A DNA stretch of 64,000 nt, from positions 4,062,741-4,126,740 of the forward strand of contig OZ037768.1 in the NCBI GenBank assembly GCA_964035545.1, in the 5' to 3' direction. This DNA comes from Bugula neritina. Taxonomy: Eukaryota > Animalia > Bryozoa. Position 1 is the stretch's first letter; the number at the start of each line of letters is the position of its first letter. A model generated the notes under the pieces. The model had not been told where the DNA came from. It saw only the letters and a list, made by a program, of their open reading frames with translations, and ran no database searches. Both the position numbers and the translations under genes were made by a program. This document shows positions 54,601 through 64,000 of the stretch, in pieces.

Positions 54601-57600
54601 CAGAGGCGTGTTGATGGTTGGACGGATAAAAACGACATTCTTGCTGCTCTGAGAGCTAGTAATTATGACATGGAGGATTGTATAAGAAATAAATACCTCG
54701 CAGCTTATTCTCCCATTTCACTTTCTTCCCATGCTTCTGCTGCTGATCATAATCTACTCCAAGCTAAAGAAAGAAAAATACACGACCTTGAACTTCAACT
54801 TACTCAATTGGTAAGGTTATGTTGTTAACTCATTTCCTGTTTAACTTGTTATATCAGTGCCTTTCGTACCTCGATTATTCGTTAAGAAATCCATTAAACT
54901 GACATTTTTTAGAGAAAGACTTATGAAAGTCTGAGGGCAGATTTACAGGAAGCTGTGGCTCAAAACAATGAAATGGCTCCAATGATATCTTTACTTGAAG
55001 ACAAAAATGCTAGGTTAGAGGTCAGCCTCAGGATGGCCCAGGCGCAGGTAAATTTTGTCAAGCCTAAGTAACATAATAATGTCTACCTACATAGTAATGT
55101 GTATACATAGTAATGTGTATACATAGTAATGCGTATACATAGTAATGCGTATATGAAATCATTTTCACTCCAAAACTTAACCTTAATATTGTTGTATGCT
55201 GTAGTGTATGCATTGAACACGCCTTAAATTTTTTGTTAATGTTTCTCAGAATAAATCATTGGTGCAAATAGAGAGACCAAAGACGGCAGCACATAAAAGC
55301 CGTATAGAGGCGGCAGCGGTGAAGTCGCTGGCTCACAATGCTTCTTTGTTTCATGAATCTTACAGCAAGTTGAAGAAAACCATCAGCAGTGGTTTAACGG
55401 ACTTGGACAATCTTCTCTCGTCTGTATGTACAAGTGTTTTTCTCCAATTCCGTCTCTCTTGTTAGAAATGTTCAACAGCTGTTAGGTTCTTGCAAAGTTG
55501 AACGTTTTGCTAACAAATTATGTTGACCCCAGGCTTCATTGAGTTGTTTAGGCTTGACTTGTCATTATAGGAGACAACATGTGAAATTTATCTTATATGT
55601 GGGCATACCATACTTTTATTTACAGCATTTATGCCGAGTTTAGAGATTGTTAAAAGTGAAAATAGTCATATTTTGGTGTGATTTTATAAGTTTTTACATG
55701 GCAGACTGCGTGTCACTTGTTCTACACTTCATCCATTACCACTGCAATAGCTATACATTAGAATATGTTTATCTCAAACTTGCTACAGGCTGTTGCGGCT
55801 TCTAAGAGATTGCCAAGCATGACTGGTTTAGTATCCAGAGAAGAAATGACTGAACTGAAGTCACTCTACCGTAAAGAATGTCTGGAAAGGAAGCTGCTGT
55901 ATAACAAAGTAGGTCACACGAAATAGTTTCTAGCGTGATTGAATAAATATATATATAAATATATATATTTATTTATTTACTTCTGTTTGACTGTGGAGTA
56001 AAGTTTACTGTTAGTAGAATAAAGGTCTTCTGCTATCATTACTTGTTTGACTTACTGGATTTAGCTTACACTGTATTAGAAAAATACATTTTGTGATTTC
56101 GGAAGAAGAAAACTCCTAAAATAAAATATTCTAAAAGTATCATTTAATCATACTAGCTGTTGCTTTCCTATATATTATATTGTATATATATTATATAAAT
56201 TATATATTGTATAAACATATGTTTGGAGTCTCATCCCTTTAGCTAAAGGCTGTATATTTGGTGTATAGAAACAGTTATGATTGGATTTCCTTCCTGATAT
56301 TACCTATGGCCCTGCTGGGGTTCAAACCCATGACTTGGCCCTTCATAGGCTAGTGCTCAGACCATTAGACCGTGACTGCTCCCTTTACCATTACTCTATA
56401 ATGAAATACATCATGCTGATGTTCATCTCTACATTGAGTAGCTAGCTCTTTTGTGGTGCAACAGTCGTCAGGTGATGGGAGACCTTTGAAAGTTCAGACT
56501 CCAAATTGCAGAAAATAAGAGTTTTTTTTCAAGTTTTTTGCTTTCATGGCAATTTAGTTCACTTCGACTGCTATGCAGCCATTAACTGGTGCAGCTAAGC
56601 TTGGTAATAGTTTTCTTTGGAGGCTCCAGTATTTTGTGGAGACAATATTGTCTATTTTGTATCCTTCATAGCTCGTATTAGTACAGTGTGATTTAAAGTT
56701 CAACAGTTTTCAGTTTTTTACTGTTACTTTTATGGTTTAGCTTCAAGAGCTGCGAGGCAATATTCGAGTGTATGCGCGATGTCGCCGAGCTGATGATGTC
56801 ACTTGTGTGCTCCAATTCCCGTCAGATGAAGAGGTCCACGTGAAGGATGTTCGTGGAAATATGCAAAGATTCCGTTTTGATAAAGTTTACACTCCGTCCA
56901 CTACGCAAGAGCAGGTAGAACCGCTACAATTATTTGTGATTCATCACTCAATACTTGCAAGAAGTAATATTAACATAGGAGTCGCTGTTGGTGAAAAGTT
57001 TTCACAGCTAACTACAATAGCAACTCACCAGCTTGTCTGTTTATTCATCTAAAACCAGTTTATTTTTTGTCTCCACCGCAACTTGACAGAGGGGGAAGAA
57101 TTTAAATAATCTTGTATTCTGATTGCTGAAATGTTTGACTAATTTAAGCAGGTGTTGATAGGTGAATGTAAATAGCTTATTTAGGATCCAAATAAATTGT
57201 TTCTATTTATAAGTTATAAATAGTCACTATATGCTGTTAAATAGAAGTCAGTTATTTGGCAAAAATGTGTTTGAGACTTTTTCAATACTGTTGAAATTTT
57301 TAAAATTGCAGAATTGGAATACCTTTGTGTTATTTATTGGATAATATCTACCTGAGCATCAAAACTTTAGCCTACTTTCTTAGGTATTTGAGGACACGTG
57401 TCCAATCGTCACATCATGTGTTGATGGTTACAATGTCTGCATCTTAGCCTATGGTCAAACTGGTTCTGGTAAAACCTTCACTATGATGGGTCCTCGTAGT
57501 AACCCTGGAATCAACATCAGAGCCATACAAGAACTGCTGAGGCTCACCGATGGGCGACAGAACATGGAGTATACTTTATCTGTATGTGATTTAATTGACC

Positions 57601-60297
57601 CAGTTTATAGTTGCTGCAAGCTAATTTTTAGTTTTAAGTTGCTTAACGCTTCAACAGCATTCTTCATTCACTTTAGAGAAATATCTTTGGTTGTTTTTAT
57701 AGAATCTTTTAAACTAGTACTTTTGTTTCAGATTAAATGTTTTCAATATTTAGAAACTGCTAGATGCATTATAGAAGCTATCAAATACTACTCTGCTGTT
57801 TAATCAGTTGTATTTATTTAGTTGTTTATAGTTTTCCGTTATTAGTGCGTGTAATGCTACTAGAGCTAAATTTACAAAAAAAGTATTGACTAACTTTTTT
57901 GGTTTCACTAAACCGCTACTGTTTACAAAGGGAGAGCTTCAATGTGGTTTGCTTTCGAAGTTATTTAATCAAAATTTGTATTGATGTTGAACTTAGGTCT
58001 TAGGCTGTATTATGAATAATTTAAATGTTTTACATTGTCAATACGCTCATATGACATCGTTTCAGCTGTCTATGGTGGAAATATACAATGAAATTATTCA
58101 AGACTTATTAACAGCTGAGTGTAACGTTGTGACTGCACAGCAAGTGGGAAACAATGTAACAATGCAAGGGCTGACAACTCACATAGTCAATACTACAGAA
58201 GATATTACTGAGTTGATGAATATGGGCATGACCAACAGGACTGTTGCTTCCACAAAGATGAATTCTGAAAGGTTAAGCAATGTTGAAACAACTTTATACT
58301 TACTGTAATTTGTACTTGCTGTACTATGTGTACCTGCTGTAGTATGTGTATTTATTGTAATATGTATTTAATTCTTACTGTAGCATGTGTACTCACTGTG
58401 ATATATACTTACTATAATATGTGTACTTACTGTAGCATGTGTACTCACTGTGATATATACTTACTTTAATATATACTTAATGTACTTACTCTAATAACAT
58501 GTGTACTTGCTGTAATATGTGTGAGCAGTTTTGCTTACCATATTTAATGTGAAACTTGTAGGCTACCTTGTTAGTTTGTTCCCTAATGTGAGTTTATATG
58601 TTGTGGGTCTATTAGGATTAATTAGTGTAGGTCAGTTGATTTCTATTGAAACATCTTTCAACTCTCTGGTGAGAATATGAAATATAAAAGGTGTAGTTTT
58701 ACACAAGTTAAAACATTGTGTTTAGCTCAAGATCTCATTTGCTCATCGTGCTGACTGTGGAGGGGCGTGACCTTACAACCCAAGTGAGAACCAAGGGAAC
58801 CTTAACACTGGTGGATCTGGCTGGTTCGGAGAGGGTGGCTAAATCTGAAGTGTCTGGGCAGCAACTCGTGGAGGCGGTAGCTATTAATAGATCTCTTTCA
58901 GCTCTTGGTCAGGTTAGTGAACCGTCAGCAGCCTGTTGTGTGAATCAAATGTATTCTGGCATCACTATCCTATTAGCTTTATTACTCAGTGAAACACTTT
59001 CCTGTATTTTTTATATTTTAAGCCAGCAAACAAAGTAATCATATGTTATCAAAAGCCAGGACTTGGGCAAACATCAAGGATGCAGTCAATGTACCAGGAT
59101 TAGCTAATGTTATTTAAAATATAATCACACAATGATGAATATCAGCTGATTTGTTTTTTGTAATGTTCTAGGAATTGCATAAAGCAAGAGACACGGCTGA
59201 GTTACCATTCCTTTTCTAACTAAACGAAATCAGCTTTTTTATATATTATAATAGGGACAATGTTATTTATTGGGGTTTTTGGCTACCAAAAGTACACCTC
59301 CCTATATTTGTTCTTTTATTAATAATTCATGTATCTTATTAAAGCTTTCAACTCCATGTTTTCGCATAGAATTGGCATGCTATGCGGGTGGGGTTTTGTA
59401 CAACTACTCCTACGGACTCACATGCCGTTTATTAATAAATATGTGAGGCTTTTCTAAGTTAGTTTCAACTTTTATTACATTACACCTATAAATTTAAATA
59501 CTGGTTTTTATTATATATATGCATATAAACGTATATAATAATAGTTTACCTATTTTATTTCATGCAACGTTTTTATGAGTATTTGAACACTTTTTAGTTC
59601 TCATTTTACTTGGTAAGCAGTCATCGTGTTGACAATGCGCTGTTGCGTTTACCCTTGTGGCCGACAATGTCTTGTTTCTCTCTGCAATTCCAACAACTAA
59701 TGAATACCCTATATGTTTTAGTCCTACTTTTTACAGGTGTTTTCAGCTTTGGGGAAATCTGCTTTGCATGTGCCGTTCAGGAATAGTAAACTCACTCAAG
59801 TTTTACAACCATCTCTCAGTGGAGATGCCAAGGTACGGGTACCTTTTTGAATCAAAAACCTTCTACTGTATTGCTGGCACATCCACCAGTAATTTATTAT
59901 AGAAATATTTTTACAGTGTGTCCAACTGCGTTTATTTATGCATTAGCTTGCGGTTGCCAATCACATGTTTCCTAATATTTACTCAAGTCAGCCAACACCT
60001 GCATTGAATTTTTCTGTCACATTTGACTATTTTTATATCCGTGTGAACTGTTTGCATTCTGAGCGGAACAGATAAATTTTCAACTTCATGAAACAATGCA
60101 GAGACCTCCAGCAATTGTTTTTGTTGGAACTCAACTTATATACTCGCAATATTCTTCAATTGTAGGCAGCATTGTTTGTGGCGGTCAGCCCTGCAGAACT
60201 GAACTTGTCTGAAACCCTCAGCACATTGACTTTTGGAAGCAATGCTAAGCAAATAGAACTTGGTAGACCTAAGAAAAACATAACTAAATCAAAATAG
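51662..60297 (+). CDS. Kinesin-14 family (KIFC3-like) C-terminal motor protein with an atypical N-terminal tail; alternative upstream ATG at 51659
   Basis: Neck [13 protein letters not shown]|[11 protein letters not shown]-loop [13 protein letters not shown]. Switch I MNSESSRSH. Switch [33 protein letters not shown] and [17 protein letters not shown] at 60295-60297. N-terminal exons (51659-51791, 52014-52135, 52673-52774, 52917-53000, 53086-53133, 53636-53837, 54604-54810, approximate) splice in phase. Confidence 0.9.
55088..55152. repeat. Intronic 16-bp tandem repeat (tacatagtaatgtgta x4)
   Basis: Direct inspection. Confidence 0.85.
56307..56382 (-). mobile_element. tRNA-derived SINE head or tRNA pseudogene relic in a kinesin intron
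   Basis: Minus strand GGAGCAGTCACGGTCTAATGG...ATGGGTTTGAACCCCAGCAGGGCCA. It has A-box-like and B-box/T-arm-like segments at tRNA spacing, but the acceptor and anticodon stems do not pair. Confidence 0.5.
58298..58522. repeat. Intronic degenerate ~19-20-bp tandem repeat (tacttactgtagcatgtg-like)
   Basis: Direct inspection; it begins shortly after the donor at ~58272. Confidence 0.7.
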
Positions 60298-60906
60298 TGC
60301 CTGCAACAGCCTTTTTGAGTGTGTCCACAATTTAGCAATGCTACCTCATCTAGTTTAAAACATAGATGGCGCTAGTCGAATTCCTAATTTGCAGTATTCA
60401 CTAACTTAGTACTCAAATATTTTTTCTCAAACATATTTAAGTTTTGGTTTTGAAATTGTCAGAGCTTTTAGATCCGTCCTCTCTTATAGATATATTTATT
60501 ACATATTATATTTTTATATTGAATTTTACACTTATATAATTTTTGGGAGAAAGTTTTGAACTTCAATTTTTTTATTTTTATATAAACCTTTAAATTTTGT
60601 AATTCCTTTTACTTCTTAACATTTTGTTGCGTGCGCCACCTCAATTGAGTTATATTATACATTGCTAAGATCAAAACAGAAGTTACACCAGTTTCTTTTC
60701 TTTATTTATATACTCTTTAGTATATACACTTTACATGAAAATTAAAGTAATCAAACATAAATAGATATATCAATCAAACCTAATTATCTTGTACATAGAA
60801 ATCACATTACATATGCCAGGGCCCAGAGCTGCATCTCTCGCCTTGCTCTTTGTACAGAGTTACAAGTACCATGGATACATAGGATTGAACTAATGCTCAT
60901 CAATCT

Positions 60907-63900
60907 TCACTGCAGAACTAGACCAACCTGCAAAACCAGATCAGATTCACTGGCGAGTAAACAAATAAAAATATTAGAATGCTTGCTAATTGCTGCTTAA
61001 ACCAGCGAACTTCATGTATTATGAGAAAGTTGAATCATTAAATCAACAATTCCACTGTCAAAGCACATCATACCTTGTTGGAAGGCATCTGGCGACATTT
61101 CCAGTTGTAAATGTAATATTGAAGATTACCATCCCCTACTCCAAATTTAAGGTTTTCTAGAAACTCTTTGTTGTCCATCAAGTCCAATGCATTGAATACA
61201 TCAAAGCCCAGCTGCAACAGACACATACACTAGCATGCAAAAACTGCCACTCTCCCAGGCTATGAATACCTAATACTTGGGCTTTAAATCAACCAAGATA
61301 TTATCGTGCATGGTGGTGGCATTTCTAGCAAAATCAACGGAAAGAAGTTTATTGCAGAATTTGACAGCTGTCAGATTATCAGGTGGCATTCTGGTATGAC
61401 AATACAACAACATTTGAGTCCACTTGCACTTTCCTCTCTACCAACACTGATACAAGCCGATCACAACATAATATGGCTAGTCGTCAAAACGAATCAATTG
61501 TCATTCATGTAAATGCAGTAATTTCGTCCAACTGCAAGAACAACAGAGGCACATTTCCCAACATTTTTAATTACTAAAAACAGAATGATTCTGACTAAAT
61601 ATATTTTCATACACGCAAGCCAAGAATTTCAATTCATCACAACCATCATGCATTCAGTTTATGAAAGTAGAGCACACGCACCTGCTTAGCCACTATCAGA
61701 GCATCCTTCATAATCTCAGTTCTAGTTACTTTAGTTGTAGACATATAAAATGCATATGCAGCCTTTAGAATTTTGTGTGTGGGATGATGCATGACGGTAG
61801 ATGGAAGAGCGTAAAAACTAATAAAATCTGTGACTTTGCCATCCACCTACAAACAGGAAATACATTTTCCTCATACACATTTAGATGGGTGAATCAGGTT
61901 GGAAGGAGAAAAGCTAAAATCATATTCTCTAATTAATAAAAATCCTCCTACATTTATCATCTCAACCTATATTTAGAAGCTATCATTGCAAAAACAGCTC
62001 CACAACACCGACATACTGACCTCGTTCACAAATGATTCTATTATACCTTCTCTAGGCATAAACCAATGTTCAAATTCACTCTCTGTAAAGCGTGGTGATA
62101 GGTCAAACCGCCCCAAATACTAAAAAGTAAGTAACTTCACATACATAAAGGATAAATATAGAGCGAAGACTACAGGCAAATATTATGATTGAAGGGAGTG
62201 ATAACTTTTAAGAAGGAAAATAACTATAACTAGGCCAAAGTAACTTCGACATCAACTGGGAAAGCTAAGACCATTCAGCAGTGAATATCACAAGACAATT
62301 TTCTTGAGACACACTGTCCAGTTAACACAAAACAGAGAGGGGAAGTGCACCTCGTTGACTAGTTGGAAAGTGACATTCAAATCTTCTTTACAAAACTTCC
62401 TGAAGCCGGGCAGCTGCGGTGTCTCGGGGAGACGGTACAATTTCAAGGTCCTCTGCATGGTCATGTTACGACCGAGATGCGAAAACTTCACTTCAATCAG
62501 CTTCTTCGGATTCAAAGATCGATGCCAGTATCTAGATAAAAAATGCAACTTTGTTATGACACTAAATTGCGTAATCGTATACTGTATACGTTTGTCTGAA
62601 TAAATACATTAAACAAAGTAAATCATCGCAAATTCACCAAGTGAGCATTCCTCAACCTGACTCACCTGCAGCTGGCCACTGGGCGAGGCAGAACAACGCC
62701 GGCCGTGTAGACTGCCTGGAACAGACCTTTACAGTTGACTCTACGCGTTATCTCTCTAATCAGAACTGGAGCTACACGTTTTGATCGAAGCTTTTTATGT
62801 ACACAAAGGAAGTTTATTTCTACCATTTTCTTGCGCCTACAAAAAGAGACAAACCAATCGCATGAACAACTGCTAGGGGAAGTTTCGAACACTCTAACAT
62901 CACACAGAGTAATAGAGACACGTACTTATCATATATCTGTATGTGAGCAGGAATAGCTGATATAAATCCAACCAACTTCTTGCTCTTACTGACTCTTACA
63001 CCAACATGCCACTCCTTCTCCCAGCCTGGGGGCTGCAGAGCCCTGCAACAAAATCAGTTGTAGTTAGAGTAGAGTCCAGATATGACAGTTGATACAGCTG
63101 GCCTGTGTCACATCATGAATACACTTTGATAGGAGGTTAATTCAATAATGAATATAATTATCAATCGAAAAGAGACTATAGTTTCCAACACGGTTTAATT
63201 GTACTTCACAAAGTACCAGCTCAAATCCATCTAAATTTCATACTAGACATGGCAGTGAAACAGGTATAAACTATCAAACTTGACTTAAAGTATCTTCATA
63301 CAGTCACACACTAGAGTGACTAGAGTGACTGACCATTTCAAGAAGTTGGGAGAATAATCAAATCTGAACATGTTGTCGTCATCCTCCACGTAATTCTCAT
63401 TCAATAAAGTGTAGAGCTCCTCCAGCTGCAGAACACAAACAGACAAAAGTTGCAAGACTCATCTATGAAACCCTAACCAACAACGCAACTCACTACACAA
63501 GGTCTTTTACAGTTTATGACAGCATGTGGGGGCGGCAGCTGACCTGAGCAACTTGAGTGATGTCCAGGGTATTCCACTCAAAGCCTTGCGGCAAGTTCAA
63601 GGACTCCTGGCGGATCTTATCTTGAGATTTGTCTTCTTCTATAGCACAGTTGGCGTCGCCGGGCGTCTCATCTACACAGAAGCAGAATCAGATAATCCAT
63701 CAGACATTTTCCTGGGAACACCACTGGCTAATTAACTTATAGAAACATAGGATAAAAAAGATAACACACCAAATCCAAGAACCGGCTGAGTTTCCCAGAA
63801 CTGATAGCGTCTTTTGGAAGCATCTTCAAGAGACTTAGGTGTAGAGGCCACACTAGCTAGCTGCAGCTGCTGCAAGTGTCTCCCGACTGCCTCAATTGAC

Positions 63901-63935
63901 TTTTGAACTGGTGCCAGGTTATGAGACGCTGAACT
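60907..63935 (-). CDS. NMT1: Glycylpeptide N-tetradecanoyltransferase (NMT1/2), 5' partial (first exon lies beyond the window)
   Basis: [118 protein letters not shown] and the C-terminal VGLVLQ* (TGA 60907-60909). Confidence 0.97.
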
Positions 63936-64000
63936 CTGTATGAATCAATTAAGATGAAATAATAATAGCTTCAAGACAAAAAATTATCGGTTGCCATGCA

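Noticed and set aside
56307-56382. Functional tRNA gene (76 nt, ends in CCA)
   Set aside because: The acceptor and anticodon stems do not pair and the T-loop reads TTTGAAC; kept only as a SINE or pseudogene relic.
56659-56667. GTATCCTTC resembling a U12 5' splice site
   Set aside because: It lies inside a normal GT-AG kinesin intron with no exon ending there; likely chance.
59132-59200. ATGATGA...CTGA, a possible C/D box snoRNA in a kinesin intron
   Set aside because: No terminal stem and no recognisable rRNA-antisense element; these motifs are too short to be significant alone.

Overview
Compact, intron-rich animal (invertebrate-like) genomic DNA; no prokaryotic features. I reconstructed six spliced genes by hand from GT-AG boundaries and reading phase, in strictly alternating orientation. 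(1) The 3' end of a selenocysteine thioredoxin reductase (TXNRD2-like, +, <1..814), missed by the ORF track. It ends in an atypical Glu-Cys-Sec-Gly motif and is followed by a clear type II SECIS at ~994-1084. (2) A very large ASH1L-like H3K36 methyltransferase (-, 26801..1853; AWS-SET-postSET-PHD-BAH). It appears to lack the bromodomain and the MRG15-binding FxLP motif, and it carries an in-frame ~2,850-aa acidic, repeat-rich C-terminal extension. (3) RRP12 (+, 32314..43566). (4) beta-TrCP/slimb (-, 49494..43938). (5) A C-terminal-motor kinesin-14 (KIFC3-like, +, 51662..60297) with an N-myristoylation consensus, a UBA/CUE-like helical bundle and an unrecognised aromatic beta-type module. (6) N-myristoyltransferase (-, >63935..60907). 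Non-coding observations: a uORF-rich ASH1L leader, tandemly duplicated splice acceptors, back-to-back or crossed poly(A) signals at all three convergent junctions, TAN-triplet low-complexity tracts beside both divergent promoters, intronic minisatellites and tRNA-derived SINE-like relics. Exon boundaries are manual and family assignments come from motif recognition; no searches were run.
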